The position numbers were made by a program, and so were the translations under genes. Shown in pieces: positions 43,670-54,200 of a stretch of 64,000 bases of DNA (position 1 is the stretch's first letter; each line of letters starts with the position of its first letter). The notes beneath the pieces are model-generated. The model made no database searches and was not told where the DNA came from. It was given only the letters and a program-made list of their open reading frames with translations. Source of the stretch: an uncultured bacterium. GTDB taxonomy: Bacteria; Eisenbacteria; RBG-16-71-46; CAIMUX01. The DNA lies in NCBI GenBank assembly GCA_964636385.1, contig CAZWSC010000047.1, positions 33,576 to 97,575 on the forward strand, in the 5' to 3' direction.

Positions 43670-44512
43670 CTAGCTGATCCAGAATCGAAGGGAGTGATAG
43701 ATGACGGGCGCCGCGGGAAGGATGCTGTCCAGACGGTCCAGCACTCCCCCGTGGCCCGGAATGAAGCTGCCGGAATCCTTGACCCCGGCGGCGCGCTTGA
43801 AGCGCGATTCCACAAGATCCCCGGCCTGAGCCGCTATTCCGGCCAGGGCTCCAGTGACAGCCCCCTGGCCCGGACCGAGGGCAAGTCCGATCAGCTGCGG
43901 CAGGAGCGCACCTGCCACGATTGCAGCCATCAGCCCGCCTGCCGCCCCCTCCCAGGTCTTGGCAGGGCTCACCGAAGGCCACATGCGGCGATTTCCAAGG
44001 AGCGACCCGATGGTGTAAGCGCCTGTGTCAACAGCCCAGATGACAGCGAGCGCGTACAGCACTCTCCGCCCTCCCTCGTCACAGGGCGCCGCGCCCGGCC
44101 AGGGGCCGGCAGAGAGCAGGGCAATGAAGCCCAGCATCAGGCCAATGTATGCCCCGCCCAGCAGGTGCGACAACAAGGCCTTCGGGCCACCTGAGGGCCG
44201 GACCGGCCGCCAGGGATGAATCAGCCAGGCCACGGACAGGGCAATCAGCATCGCGGTCAGAGGGGCGCGTGCCGGCCCGAGAGCGCCGGACATGGACAGC
44301 GCCACAAACCCGGCAGCCGCCGCGGGGAGCACGATCGGGGACACTCGCCAGCCCAGCCCCCTGAAGATCCGCCCGGCTTCGACTCCCCCTGCGACGGCGG
44401 CAAGAAGAGCCAGGCAGGCTACAGGCCAGGGCCCGCCGAACCAGACCAGTCCGACAACGAGAGGGAGGAGAATGGCGGCGGAGAGGACCCTTTGCCTCAG
44501 GGCGGAGGCCAT
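43670..44512 (-). CDS. cdsA: Phosphatidate cytidylyltransferase
   Basis: A multi-TM protein with the C-terminal KRAAGVKDSGSFIPGHGGVLDRLDS signature. Confidence 0.85.
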   Translation of the reverse strand: MASALRQRVLSAAILLPLVVGLVWFGGPWPVACLALLAAVAGGVEAGRIFRGLGWRVSPIVLPAAAAGFVALSMSGALGPARAPLTAMLIALSVAWLIHPWRPVRPSGGPKALLSHLLGGAYIGLMLGFIALLSAGPWPGAAPCDEGGRRVLYALAVIWAVDTGAYTIGSLLGNRRMWPSVSPAKTWEGAAGGLMAAIVAGALLPQLIGLALGPGQGAVTGALAGIAAQAGDLVESRFKRAAGVKDSGSFIPGHGGVLDRLDSILPAAPVIYHSLRFWIS

Positions 44513-44521
44513 CGCGGCCGC

Positions 44522-45280
44522 TCAGTCCACGCGGCCGAAGCGCCGGTCCCGCCTGCGGTAAGCAGCAAGCGCCTGGTGCAGGTCCGCCGTCCGGAAATCC
44601 GGCCACAGGGTATCGGTCACGTAGATCTCCGCATAGGCAAGCTGCCACAGCAGAAAGTTCGACAACCGCATCTCTCCGCTTGTCCGAATCAGCAGGTCAG
44701 GATTCGGAATCCCCGAGGTGTAGAGATGGCGGTCTATGACCGACTCGTCAATCTCCCCTTCCTTGAGCTCACCGGCACGGATCGCCGCGGAAATGCGCCG
44801 GAAACAGTCGACCAGCTCGGTGCGGGACCCGTACGACAGGGCAAGTATCAGGTTGAGGCCGGTGTTACCGCTGAGCAGGTCGGTGGTTATCCGGAGTTCG
44901 TCCTGAACCTCACGCGGAAGATCTGCCGTGCGGCCGATGACGCCGAAACGGATGTTGTTCTCAAGCAGGGACTGCCGCTCGTCCAGCAGGACCTGCCGGA
45001 GGAAGGCCATCAGGGCCTTTATCTCCGCCCTGGGCCTGTTCCAGTTCTCGGAGGAAAACGTGTAAAGGGTGAGGTACTCGATCCCGAGACGTGCACACTC
45101 CTCCACGGTCTCGCGCACCGGCTTGCGCCCGGCCTTGTGCCCCGCGACGCGTGGGAGGCCCCTGCTGCGGGCCCAGCGCCCGTTGCCGTCCATGATTATG
45201 GCCACGTGCCTGGGAAGCCCGGAGCGATCCGTCCCGATCTCCCCTGCTGCGGCGGTCTCGGACTCGGCGGTGCGTGTCAT
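44522..45280 (-). CDS. uppS: Undecaprenyl diphosphate synthase (cis-prenyltransferase)
   Basis: Start at MTRTAESE (ATG 45280). HVAIIMDGNGRWA, LTLYTFSSENWNRP and RTSGEMRLSNFLLWQ. Confidence 0.92.
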   Translation of the reverse strand: MTRTAESETAAAGEIGTDRSGLPRHVAIIMDGNGRWARSRGLPRVAGHKAGRKPVRETVEECARLGIEYLTLYTFSSENWNRPRAEIKALMAFLRQVLLDERQSLLENNIRFGVIGRTADLPREVQDELRITTDLLSGNTGLNLILALSYGSRTELVDCFRRISAAIRAGELKEGEIDESVIDRHLYTSGIPNPDLLIRTSGEMRLSNFLLWQLAYAEIYVTDTLWPDFRTADLHQALAAYRRRDRRFGRVD

Positions 45281-45281
45281 G

Positions 45282-45839
45282 TCAGACCTCGAGGATCTCC
45301 TTTTCCTTCCTGGCCAGGATCTCTTCAACGGCTGCAATGTGTCTGTCGGTGAGTTTCTGAACTTCTCCCTGCAGGCGGTGCGACTCGTCCTCCGAGATCG
45401 CCTTGTCCTTCTCCAGCTTCTTGAACTCCTCGTTGCCCTCGCGGCGGATATTGCGGATACCGACCTTGATCTCCTCACCCGTCTTCTTTATCCGCTTGAC
45501 CAGATCCCTGCGTCGGTCCTCGGTGAGGGCCGGAATCTGAACACGGATCAACTCGCCGTCCTCGGCGGGATTCAGTCCGAGATCGGCCTTCTGAATCGCC
45601 TTGACGATGGGACCTACGGTGCCCTTGTCCCACGGCTGTATAACCAGGAGCCTGGGCTGGGGGGCGGTGATCGAGGCGACCTGGCTCAGTGGAAGGGTCG
45701 AGCCGTATGCCTCCACCCTGACAGGTTCCAGAAGCGCGGGAACAGCCTTCCCCGTGCGTATTGCCATCAGCTCGGCCTTGAGAGCTTCAATGCTCTTCTG
45801 CATCCTTTCATCCGTCTTCTTGACGACTTCATCGCTCAT
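45282..45839 (-). CDS. frr: Ribosome recycling factor
   Basis: Start at MSDEVVKKTDERMQKSIEALK (ATG 45839, a 1-nt overlap with the pyrH stop). 185 aa. IRNIRREGNEE is present. Confidence 0.95.
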   Translation of the reverse strand: MSDEVVKKTDERMQKSIEALKAELMAIRTGKAVPALLEPVRVEAYGSTLPLSQVASITAPQPRLLVIQPWDKGTVGPIVKAIQKADLGLNPAEDGELIRVQIPALTEDRRRDLVKRIKKTGEEIKVGIRNIRREGNEEFKKLEKDKAISEDESHRLQGEVQKLTDRHIAAVEEILARKEKEILEV

Positions 45840-46588
45840 CAGAAACTCTCCTCCACCAGTGTGCCGACAGCCTCTCCCCCGACGGCCCGGACCAGATTCC
45901 CGGGCGTACAGATATTGAACACCGTGATGGGAAGGCGGTGTTCCCTGGCCAGCGTGACCGCGGTCAGATCCATGACACGAAGCCTCTGGTCCAGAACCTG
46001 CCTGTACGTGAGCCGCTCGAACCTGGACGCCCCGGGATCCAGCGCCGGATCGGCCGAGTAGACCCCGTCCACCTTGGTACCCTTGTACAGCATCGAGCAC
46101 CCTGTCTCGAGCGCGCGCAGCACGGCTGCTGTGTCGGTGCTGAAGTATGGATTGCCGGTTCCCCCGGCCATGATGACAACGCGCCCCTCTTCGAGGTGTC
46201 TGACCGCAGAGCGCTGCGTGTAGGGCTCGGCAGCCTGCTCCATTCTCAGGGCGGAGAGAACCCGGGCGGGGACTCCGTCCCTTTCCAGGGAGTCCTGCAC
46301 GGCCAGCGCGTTGATCACGGTCGCGAGCATCCCGATCGTATCGGCGCCCACCCGATCCATGCCGGAGCGGCTGAGGGCCTCGCCGCGGATGAAGTTGCCT
46401 CCGCCAATCACCATGGCAATCCCGACCCCGAGCCCGGAGACCTCGCGGAGCTGCGAAGCAATCGAAGCCAGCACGCCCGGGTCCAGGCCATGCCTGGCCT
46501 CGCCGCCCAGAATCTCCCCGCTCAGCTTAATCAACACCCTCCGGCAGCCGGAGGGACCCGCGGGACTGTCCGACTCGCCGCGGGTCAT
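45839..46588 (-). CDS. pyrH: UMP kinase
   Basis: RVLIKLSGE, MVIGGGNF, VIMAGGTGNPYFSTDTAA and GVYSADP. Confidence 0.95.
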   Translation of the reverse strand: MTRGESDSPAGPSGCRRVLIKLSGEILGGEARHGLDPGVLASIASQLREVSGLGVGIAMVIGGGNFIRGEALSRSGMDRVGADTIGMLATVINALAVQDSLERDGVPARVLSALRMEQAAEPYTQRSAVRHLEEGRVVIMAGGTGNPYFSTDTAAVLRALETGCSMLYKGTKVDGVYSADPALDPGASRFERLTYRQVLDQRLRVMDLTAVTLAREHRLPITVFNICTPGNLVRAVGGEAVGTLVEESF

Positions 46589-46591
46589 CCC

Positions 46592-47191
46592 CTACTGGTC
46601 CAGGCCGATCTGAAACCGGACGAAGCGGTTGATCCGCGTATTCTCGCCCAGCTTGGCGATCAGTTCGGTGAGCAGCATCTGGATCGTCCTGTCAGGATCC
46701 TTCACGAACGGCTGCTCGAGAAGGACAAACTCGGCGAACCACTTGTTCATGCGCCCTTCGACGATCTTGGGCCAGACCGCTTCCGGCTTGCCGGATGCCT
46801 TTGCCTGCTCCGTGTAGATAGCCCGTTCGCTCTCGAGGAGTTTCGGATCCACATCGTCGCGGGAAACGGAGACAGGTGCAGCCGCGGCTATGTGCAGGGC
46901 CACATCGTGCACGAAGTTCTTGAAGTCGTCGGTGCGGGCCACGAAGTCGGTTTCGCAGTTCACCTCGAGGAGCACCCCCACGCGGCCGCCCGGGTGAATG
47001 TAGGCCTCGACAAGACCCTGGCCTGTGGATCGGCCGATCTTCTTCTCAGCCGCGGCTTCGCCGCTCTTGCGGAGTTGCTCTACAGCCTTCTCGAGATCGC
47101 CACCAGTCTCCTCAAGCGCCTTCTTGCAGGTCATCATGCCGGCGCCTGTTTTCTCGCGCAGTTCCCTCACCTTTTCGGCCGATACTGACAT
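46592..47191 (-). CDS. tsf: Elongation factor Ts (short form, ~199 aa)
   Basis: Start at MSVSAEKVRELREKTGAGMMTCKKALEE (ATG 47191, AAGGAG SD). VNCETDFVART is present. Confidence 0.92.
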   Translation of the reverse strand: MSVSAEKVRELREKTGAGMMTCKKALEETGGDLEKAVEQLRKSGEAAAEKKIGRSTGQGLVEAYIHPGGRVGVLLEVNCETDFVARTDDFKNFVHDVALHIAAAAPVSVSRDDVDPKLLESERAIYTEQAKASGKPEAVWPKIVEGRMNKWFAEFVLLEQPFVKDPDRTIQMLLTELIAKLGENTRINRFVRFQIGLDQ

Positions 47192-47258
47192 TCTTGCTCT
47201 CCTTGAGTTGCTGTGTCCCCGACCCGGGGACTGAGTTGATCGCCCGGACCAGCCCGGA

Positions 47259-48017
47259 CTAGGCGCCGGGGGACGGCGCCGGAAGTTCCTCTGACTCGGC
47301 CGACCCTTCGGCCTCGCCCCCGCGTGAGGGCCGGTCACTGGCGCGCGCCTCCTGGGCAGTATCGGCCACGAACCTGGCGAAGAGACGTATGCTGCGGATC
47401 GCGTCGTCATTGCCGGGGATCGCGAGTGTCACATCCCCCGGATCGCAGTTCGTGTCGACCACGCCGAGGACAGGAATGCCTAGTCGCTTGGCTTCGGCAA
47501 CCGCGATCTGCTCCTTCTTTGTGTCGACGACGAACATCAGCCCGGGGAGACGGTTCATCTCCTTTATGCCGCTGAAGATCTTCTCGAGCTGCAGACGCTT
47601 CTTCTCGAGGCGGATGACCTCCTTCTTGGAAAGCTTCTCGAAGGTGCCGTCATCCCGCATCCGCTCAAGGGAACGCAGGTAGCGGATGCTCATCTTGATC
47701 GTCTGGAAGTTGGTCAGCATCCCTCCGAGCCAGCGCTCGGTCACGAAGTAGTTGCCGCAGCGGCGGGCCTCTTCGGCCATGACGCTCTGGGCCTGCTTCT
47801 TGGTGCCGACAAAGAGAATGCCGTCGCCGGCTTTCGCGATCTGGGATACCATCTGGCGGGCCCTGTCCACAGCCTCCATCGTCTTCTGAAGATCGATGAT
47901 GTGGATCTTGTTCCGCTCCATGAAGATGTACGGCTTCATCTTGGGGTTCCAGCGACGGGTCTGGTGCCCGAAGTGTACGCCCGCCTCGAGAAGCTCGCGC
48001 ATTGTGACGGTTGCCAT
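47259..48017 (-). CDS. rpsB: 30S ribosomal protein S2
   Basis: Start at [27 protein letters not shown] (ATG 48017). GGMLTNF is present. Confidence 0.95.
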   Translation of the reverse strand: MATVTMRELLEAGVHFGHQTRRWNPKMKPYIFMERNKIHIIDLQKTMEAVDRARQMVSQIAKAGDGILFVGTKKQAQSVMAEEARRCGNYFVTERWLGGMLTNFQTIKMSIRYLRSLERMRDDGTFEKLSKKEVIRLEKKRLQLEKIFSGIKEMNRLPGLMFVVDTKKEQIAVAEAKRLGIPVLGVVDTNCDPGDVTLAIPGNDDAIRSIRLFARFVADTAQEARASDRPSRGGEAEGSAESEELPAPSPGA

Positions 48018-48116
48018 GATGGCGACCTCGCTTTCTGTGAGCAGTTTGTGCCTCGGTCCCCCGGCCCCCCAATGGGAGAACCGCTCTGGGGAACGTGTGT
48101 ATTTCGCCGGTCTGAT

Positions 48117-48143
48117 GGACCGCGCTGGCCTGCAGCGCAGTCC
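48117..48143 (-). other. GC-rich hairpin between rpsI and rpsB (terminator/attenuator or leader candidate)
   Basis: GGACCGCGCTG (48117-48127) pairs with CAGCGCAGTCC (48133-48143). This is an 11-bp stem with one G-U pair in the minus-strand RNA and a 5-nt loop. No clear U-tract follows. Confidence 0.3.
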
Positions 48144-48171
48144 CGCGCCGGCCATCCGGAGATGGCAGCGA

Positions 48172-48567
48172 CTAACGCTTCGAGAACTGGAAGCGCTTGC
48201 GGGCTCCCGGCTGCCCGTACTTCTTTCTTTCCTTCATCCGCGGATCGCGTGTCAGAAGCCCGTCCTTGTCCAGCGCGGGCTTCAGACCGGGATCGTATTC
48301 CTTGAGCGCGCGGGAGATCCCGAGGCTGATGGCCCCGGCCTGGCCGGATGTGCCACCGCCGTCCACCAGGCAGAACATGTCGAACTTCGCGGCCGTCTCA
48401 GTGACCATGAAGGGACGGTTGGCCTGCAGGACCAGGATCTCGCGGGGGAAATGGACTTCCAGATCCCTGCCGTTCACGATCCGCTTGCCGGTGCCCGGAA
48501 CGATGCGCACACGCGCGACAGATGACTTGCGGCGTCCGGTTCCCAGGTACACCGTCTTCTGTGCCAT
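48172..48567 (-). CDS. rpsI: 30S ribosomal protein S9
   Basis: [12 protein letters not shown] and the C-terminal [13 protein letters not shown] 48567 with a GGAGG SD (the track ORF begins at a TTG at 48576). Confidence 0.95.
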   Translation of the reverse strand: MAQKTVYLGTGRRKSSVARVRIVPGTGKRIVNGRDLEVHFPREILVLQANRPFMVTETAAKFDMFCLVDGGGTSGQAGAISLGISRALKEYDPGLKPALDKDGLLTRDPRMKERKKYGQPGARKRFQFSKR

Positions 48568-48592
48568 ATTCGTCAATCCTCCGATTCAGGAA

Positions 48593-49054
48593 CTACTTTG
48601 CCTGCGGAAAACTCTTTCCCTGTCCGCCCAGGGTGTAAGGAATCGGTTCCTGCGCGTCGTGTGGATGCGCGGGACCTCGGTAGACCTTCAGCTTGCGCAC
48701 CATCTGGCGGCCCAGGGGGCCCTTGGGAAGCATCCCCCATACCGCATCGCGCACAACTTCCTCCGGTTCCTTCGTCAGGCGGTTGGCCAGACGCTCGAAC
48801 CTGGTGCCGCCGGGATACCCGGTGTGGCGGAAGTAGGTCTTCTGTTCAATCTTGCGCCCGGTCAGCGCTACGTCGCCGGCGTTGATGACGACAACGTGGT
48901 CTCCAGTGTCCAGGTAGGGCACATAGAGAGGATTCCACTTGCCGCGAAGCAGGCACGCGATCTCACTGGCCATGCGGCCGAGGATCTGCCCCTTCGCGTC
49001 CACCAGGAACCACCGGCGTTCAACATCCTTCGCCTTGGTGGCATAGGTACCCAT
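48593..49054 (-). CDS. rplM: 50S ribosomal protein L13
   Basis: Start at MGTYATKAKDVERRWFLVDAKGQILGRMAS (ATG 49054, GAGGAGG SD). Confidence 0.95.
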   Translation of the reverse strand: MGTYATKAKDVERRWFLVDAKGQILGRMASEIACLLRGKWNPLYVPYLDTGDHVVVINAGDVALTGRKIEQKTYFRHTGYPGGTRFERLANRLTKEPEEVVRDAVWGMLPKGPLGRQMVRKLKVYRGPAHPHDAQEPIPYTLGGQGKSFPQAK

Positions 49055-49097
49055 CCGTCGACTCCTCCTCAAAACCTGTCTTTCGCACAAAGTAGTG

Positions 49098-49126
49098 AAT
49101 CTATTCCGGCTGAACGGAGATGTCAA
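49098..49126 (-). promoter_or_regulatory. Sigma70-like promoter candidate for rplM-rpsI
   Basis: The minus strand reads TTGACA (49126-49121), a 17-nt spacer, then TAGATT (49103-49098). This lies ~45 nt upstream of the rplM ATG. Confidence 0.45.
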
Positions 49127-49182
49127 GCGTCTACTCGCCGCCCCTGCACGGAACTCCGGGCGGCACGGGGTGCCGTGACCGA

Positions 49183-50220
49183 TCAGGGCCGGAACGGCGG
49201 GTGCTCCACCTCCCGCTCGGTGACCCACCCGGATACCAGCGCCGCAGGGGTCACGTCGAATGCCGGGTTCCAGGCCCGCGCGCCCGCGGGAGCCGCAGGC
49301 CTCCCTGCGCACAAGAGGACCTCCTCCTCCGCCCGCAACTCGATCGGTATCCGCAACCCGTCCTCAAGTGACAGGTCGAACGAAGACCGGGGCGCAACGA
49401 CGTAGAAAGGCACGCCGAACTCCCTTGCCGCCAGGGCGAGGGTGAAGGTGCCCAGTTTGTTCGCCGTATCCCCGTTTGCGGCAACGCGATCCGCTCCCAC
49501 GAGGACTGCGTCGATACTCTGCGTTCTGAAGAGCCAGGCAGCCGCCCCGTCTGCCTGGATGGCGTAAGGTATCCCGGCCCTCTGCAGCTCCCACGCTGTG
49601 AGGCGAGATCCCTGCAGGAGAGGCCTCGTCTCGTCCACGTGGACGAAGACCCCCCTTCCGCGCCGCGCGGCTTCCAGGACAACGCCAAGGGCTGTCCCCC
49701 CTCCCGCCGTGGCCAGCCCGCCTGTGTTGCAATGCGTCACCACGCGCGCCGGATCCGGAAGCAGCTTCATACCGTGTTCGCCCATCGCAGCCGAGAGGTG
49801 GAGGTCCTCCTCCAGGATCCTCTCCCCCTCAGCCAGCAGAGCCTGCACAAGCTCCTCCGGCGAGCCTCCATCCCCTGCCCGCCGGCGAACCGCCTCCACC
49901 GCCAGATTGCAGGCCCAGGAAAGGTTCACTGCCGTCGGCCTTGCAGAGCTCAACCGGGCTGCGGCTGCTTCGAGATCCTCCAGGAAGGCGCCGGCGTCAC
50001 ACCTTCGGAAACCCCGGGATGCGGCCGCCAGACCCAGTGCCCCGGCGATCCCGATGGCCGGAGCTCCACGCACGGCAAGACGTCCTATGGCATCGGCCAC
50101 CTCATCCAGCGTCTCCAGCTCCAGGTATACCTCACGGTCCGGAAGGAGGGTCTGATCCAGTATCCGAACCCTCCCGTTCCTCCAGCGGACAGTCTCCAGG
50201 ATCGTCCTCCCGGCGGTCAC
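49183..50220 (-). CDS. mtnA: S-methyl-5-thioribose-1-phosphate isomerase (eIF-2B alpha/beta/delta family)
   Basis: ILDQTLLP, VRGAPAIGIAGA, THCNTGGLAT and GADRVAANGDTANKLGT. GTG start at 50220 overlaps the maf stop (GTGA). Confidence 0.88.
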   Translation of the reverse strand: MTAGRTILETVRWRNGRVRILDQTLLPDREVYLELETLDEVADAIGRLAVRGAPAIGIAGALGLAAASRGFRRCDAGAFLEDLEAAAARLSSARPTAVNLSWACNLAVEAVRRRAGDGGSPEELVQALLAEGERILEEDLHLSAAMGEHGMKLLPDPARVVTHCNTGGLATAGGGTALGVVLEAARRGRGVFVHVDETRPLLQGSRLTAWELQRAGIPYAIQADGAAAWLFRTQSIDAVLVGADRVAANGDTANKLGTFTLALAAREFGVPFYVVAPRSSFDLSLEDGLRIPIELRAEEEVLLCAGRPAAPAGARAWNPAFDVTPAALVSGWVTEREVEHPPFRP

Positions 50221-50876
50221 GATCCGGCCTCCAGCTCCAGGCAGATCCGGCGCAGGGCTGCGAGTGGAAGGCCCATCACGTTGAAGAAATCCCCCTCGAT
50301 CCTCGGGACGAATATCCCGCCCCATCCCTGAATTCCGTAGGCACCGGCCTTGTCCATGGGCTCGAGGGTGTCCAGGTAGACCTCCATCTCCTCGCGGCCA
50401 AGCCGGTCGAAGAAGACCCTGGAGGCTTCCGACGTGATCGCCCTGCGTCCGTCGGCTGTCCGGATGAGGGCCAGGCCGCTCCAGACGAGGTGCCACCGCC
50501 CTCCGATGGTCTCGAGCAGACGCACCGCATGATCCCGATCCTCCGGCTGTTCGAGAACCTCACCTTCAACCTCGACCACGGTGTCCGCCCCGAGGCACGC
50601 ATAGGCGCCCATCCGGCCGGCCTGCGACAGTGCGGCCTCCGCCTTCTGTCCGGCCAGCCGGATCACGTAATCCTGCGGGCTCTCCCCGGTGGTCCGATTC
50701 CCCTCCGGAACGGATGTGGGAAGGACCAGTATCGGGACCTTCAGGCGGTCCAGAAGTTCCCGCCGTCTCGGGGACCGCGAAGCCAGGGCAAGGGGCCCCC
50801 GCCGCAGGCCGAGAAGGCGCAGCCCCGGCCCGAGAGCGTCAGGGTGCAGGCCGGGCGCCGGATTCAACTGACTCAC
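50217..50876 (-). CDS. maf: Maf-like nucleoside triphosphate pyrophosphatase
   Basis: [18 protein letters not shown] and [12 protein letters not shown] start at 50876 overlaps the dtd stop (GTGA). Confidence 0.85.
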   Translation of the reverse strand: MSQLNPAPGLHPDALGPGLRLLGLRRGPLALASRSPRRRELLDRLKVPILVLPTSVPEGNRTTGESPQDYVIRLAGQKAEAALSQAGRMGAYACLGADTVVEVEGEVLEQPEDRDHAVRLLETIGGRWHLVWSGLALIRTADGRRAITSEASRVFFDRLGREEMEVYLDTLEPMDKAGAYGIQGWGGIFVPRIEGDFFNVMGLPLAALRRICLELEAGS

Positions 50877-51337
50877 TCGCACCCCTTCCGGCTTCTCTGC
50901 CCGGAGTCGATCAGCAACGTGACCGGTCCATCGTTCACCAGCTCCACCTCCATCCTGGCCTGGAACACCCCTGTCTCGACCTTCACGCCCATGGTGGCGG
51001 CCTCGGCAACGAACTTCTCGTAGAGGCGGTTGGCCACCCCGGGCTCCGCTGCCGCCACAAAGGACGGCCGGCGGCCCTTCGCGCAGTCTCCCATAAGCGT
51101 GAACTGCGACACCACGAGCATCCCTCCCCCGACCTCCTCCAGGCCCAGGTTCATCTTCCCGTCCGGATCGTTGAACACCCGCAGGGCAGCGCACTTCCTC
51201 GCAAGCCAGACGGCGTCCCCTTCGGTGTCCCCCTGCCGCACGCCCAGAAGTATCAGGAAGCCGCGCCGGATGCTGCCCGTCACCTCTCCCGATACCCGCA
51301 CCTCGGCCCGGGAGACCCTCTGTACTACAGCCAGCAT
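50873..51337 (-). CDS. dtd: D-aminoacyl-tRNA deacylase
   Basis: Start at [13 protein letters not shown] (ATG 51337). VSQFTLMGD and NDGPVT. 154 aa. Confidence 0.92.
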   Translation of the reverse strand: MLAVVQRVSRAEVRVSGEVTGSIRRGFLILLGVRQGDTEGDAVWLARKCAALRVFNDPDGKMNLGLEEVGGGMLVVSQFTLMGDCAKGRRPSFVAAAEPGVANRLYEKFVAEAATMGVKVETGVFQARMEVELVNDGPVTLLIDSGQRSRKGCE

Positions 51338-51381
51338 CTGCCCGACTGCTCCTTTCCCGCAGGTCCTGTGTGGGGTTAACG

Positions 51382-51996
51382 CTAAGGCATCACCAGGTTC
51401 AGGCCACCGTAGACCGAAAACGCCCTGGGTGTGTAGCTGTCCTCGGCCTTCTCGAACCGGCTCTCGGCGAAGGCGGATACCGGAAGTATGGGGAGCTTGA
51501 AGGATGCCCCGACGAGCCCGTGCCATGAGAAGGCGCTCCTGTCCTCCCCGCTTCTGCCGACGAAGTCCCGGATCTCTTCGGTGACCTCATCCACCAGTGG
51601 CTTGATGCTGGTTTCGGCGAACCGCCCCCCCAGGCCCGCGCCGGCGTATACCCCGAACGGTCCGGCGATGACAGGGAGCAGCCTCAGCCGCACCGATGCG
51701 AACAGGGACAGATCGCTCCACTCCGCCTTTCCGTCGAAGAGCTCACCCGCTTCCCCCACATCCTCGAACCTGATCGTCTCGCTGCGGCTTTCGCCCGCAA
51801 CACACAGCGTCACGCGAGGAAGGATCGGGATTACAGCCTGAAGCCCAAGGAGCGCAACCCCGCCGACATCCCCCGATCCCCTGAAGATGCCCCCCTTCAT
51901 GTCGCTGTAGCCTGCTCGAAAACCGACCTCGGTTCCTGCCTGTGCTCCCCCTGCCACGACAGCCGTGAGAAGCGCCAGGGCGGCAATTCGTCTCAT
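51382..51996 (-). CDS. Small outer-membrane beta-barrel protein (OmpW/OmpA-barrel-like)
   Basis: Signal peptide [20 protein letters not shown], followed by alternating hydrophobic beta-strand patterning with G/Y/F-rich turns. ATGA overlap with the rel stop. Confidence 0.5.
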   Translation of the reverse strand: MRRIAALALLTAVVAGGAQAGTEVGFRAGYSDMKGGIFRGSGDVGGVALLGLQAVIPILPRVTLCVAGESRSETIRFEDVGEAGELFDGKAEWSDLSLFASVRLRLLPVIAGPFGVYAGAGLGGRFAETSIKPLVDEVTEEIRDFVGRSGEDRSAFSWHGLVGASFKLPILPVSAFAESRFEKAEDSYTPRAFSVYGGLNLVMP

Positions 51997-54200
51997 GATC
52001 CCTCCGTCCCCTCCTGGGGTGTTACATCCTTGCGCTCCACTCTTCGGGTGCCCCTGACGGTCATGATGGCCTGCCTGACCTTCTCCAGGTGCGAGAGATT
52101 GCGCACTTCGACGAGGAGTTCCGCCACTGCTCCCCCCCCGTCCACAGAGTCCATGTTGATGTGCCGGATATCAGTCCCTGTTCTGTTGATGGCCGAGGCC
52201 AGGTCGGCGAGCATACCCGGCCTGTCGTCCACATGTATCCCTAGATGGGCAAGGAACAGCTGCTCCCTTTCCACATCCCAGGTCAGATCGACCCTTCTCT
52301 CCTTCTCGACCCGGTCGTCGAAGGTGTTCGGGCAGTCCTGCCGATGAACCGAAACCCCGCGCCCGCGTGTGATGATGCCGGTGATCGGATCCCCCGGAAC
52401 GGGCCTGCAGCACTGCGCCATGCTGACCATCAGTGACGATATGCCCTGTATCCTCACACCCCCGGATGCCCGGCGGGAGCGATCCGCGAACCCCTCCGGC
52501 TCCCTCTGGGGCGTTGGAGGCGCCGCAAGTTCCGGATAGATGCGTGTGACGACGTTGTCCGCGGAAAGGTGCCCCTCGCCCAGCTTGGCGAAGAGCAACG
52601 GCACGTCCGCCAGGCCGAAGGATTGTGCGACATCCAGGAGTTCGTCCTCCGGCGGGATCTTACGGCGACGCTTCCTGAGCAGGCGGGCCAGGATCTCCCG
52701 GCCCAGTGTGATCGACTCCGCCAGCCTCTGCTGCTTGAGCCAGTACCGGACCTTCGCGCGGGCCCTGCTGGTCCGTACAACCTTCAGCCAGTCTTCGCTG
52801 GGAGTGGCGGAGGCGCTGGTCAGGATCTCCACCATGTCCCCGCTCTTCAGCTCGTATCTCAGGGAGACCAGGCGCCCGTTGACCCTCGCCCCCACGCAAT
52901 GGTTCCCCACGTCCGAGTGAACGGCGTATGCGAAGTCGATCGGTGTGGCGCCCAGCGGCAGCTGCTTCAACTCCCCGCGCGGTGTGAATGCGAAGACCTC
53001 GTCGTGATACAGCGAGATCTTCAGAAGGGCCATGAACTCCTTCGGATCGTCGGCATCCTCCTGCCACTCGGTTGTTCCGCGCACCACGAGGTCGCCGAGG
53101 TGACGCTCAAGCACGGGATCGAGCCTGCCCCCCTCCTTGTATTTGTAGTGAGCGGCAATGCCGTACTCCGCCACCGCGTGCATCTGCCTGGTCCGGATCT
53201 GAATCTCCACCGGACGGCTGTCGGGGCCTATCACGGTGGTGTGTATCGACTGATACAGGTTGCTCTTCGGCGCGGCTATGTAGTCCCTGAAGCGGTGCTG
53301 CAGGTGATAGTACATGTCGTGTACAACACCCATCACGAGATAGCAGTCATTGCGTCTCTCGGTCAGTACCCGCAATCCCAGCAGGTCATAGATCTCGTGG
53401 AAACGCCCTCCGGTGCTCTGCATCTTGTTCCAGATCGACAGAAACGACTTGGGCCGCCCGATCACCTCAGCCCTGATCGAATCCGCCTTCAGCCGCTGCA
53501 TGAGGGGGGCGCGCACCTGCTCGATGATCCCCTCCCTCTCCTCGCGCTGGATTGCCACGAGCTCCTTGACCCTGCCGTAGTTCTCAGGTTCGAGATACTT
53601 GAAACTGAGGTCCTCCAGCTCCCACTTCATCTGCGCCATGCCGAGCCGGTGCGCGAGAGGGGCGTAGATCTCCCGTGTAACGGTCGCTATCGAGCGCCGC
53701 CTGTGCTCCTCCCTGATGCCGTCCAGGGAACGCATGTTGTGCAGGCGGTCGGCCAGCTTGATCAGGATAACGCGGATGTCCTTCGCCATGGAGAGGAGCA
53801 TCTTCCGGAAGTTCTCCGACTGCTCCGCCTCCGGGCTCCCGAAAGGCAGCCCGCCTATCTTGGTCACACCGTCGACCAGGCTCACAACCTCCTCGCCGAA
53901 ATCGGACACGAGCTGCTTCCGCGAGATGGAGAGGTTGTCCTCGAGCACATCGTGCAGAAGGGCCGCCTGCAGAATGATCGGATCCGCGCCCCGGTGGAGC
54001 ATGTCCAGCAGGATGATCGCGACCTGGAGCGGATGGACCACGTAGGGCTCTCCCGAGTCGCGGTACTGCATCGCGTGGGCTGACTTGGCGAAGGCAAGCG
54101 CCTTGCTGATCTTCGGGGCGTGTGGTCCCAGCCCGCGGCGGTCCAGTTGCTCGAACAGCAGCCGCTCGATCTGCTCAACCTCTTGAATGGTGTTCGCCAA
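51993..54200 (-). CDS. rel: Bifunctional (p)ppGpp synthetase/hydrolase (RelA/SpoT homolog)
   Basis: HD domain (HPLQVAIIL, LLHDVLED), synthetase (YQSIHTTV), TGS (VFAFTPRGE) and a C-terminal ACT domain. The start codon at 54200 is TTG (verified). Confidence 0.93.
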   Translation of the reverse strand: MANTIQEVEQIERLLFEQLDRRGLGPHAPKISKALAFAKSAHAMQYRDSGEPYVVHPLQVAIILLDMLHRGADPIILQAALLHDVLEDNLSISRKQLVSDFGEEVVSLVDGVTKIGGLPFGSPEAEQSENFRKMLLSMAKDIRVILIKLADRLHNMRSLDGIREEHRRRSIATVTREIYAPLAHRLGMAQMKWELEDLSFKYLEPENYGRVKELVAIQREEREGIIEQVRAPLMQRLKADSIRAEVIGRPKSFLSIWNKMQSTGGRFHEIYDLLGLRVLTERRNDCYLVMGVVHDMYYHLQHRFRDYIAAPKSNLYQSIHTTVIGPDSRPVEIQIRTRQMHAVAEYGIAAHYKYKEGGRLDPVLERHLGDLVVRGTTEWQEDADDPKEFMALLKISLYHDEVFAFTPRGELKQLPLGATPIDFAYAVHSDVGNHCVGARVNGRLVSLRYELKSGDMVEILTSASATPSEDWLKVVRTSRARAKVRYWLKQQRLAESITLGREILARLLRKRRRKIPPEDELLDVAQSFGLADVPLLFAKLGEGHLSADNVVTRIYPELAAPPTPQREPEGFADRSRRASGGVRIQGISSLMVSMAQCCRPVPGDPITGIITRGRGVSVHRQDCPNTFDDRVEKERRVDLTWDVEREQLFLAHLGIHVDDRPGMLADLASAINRTGTDIRHINMDSVDGGGAVAELLVEVRNLSHLEKVRQAIMTVRGTRRVERKDVTPQEGTEGS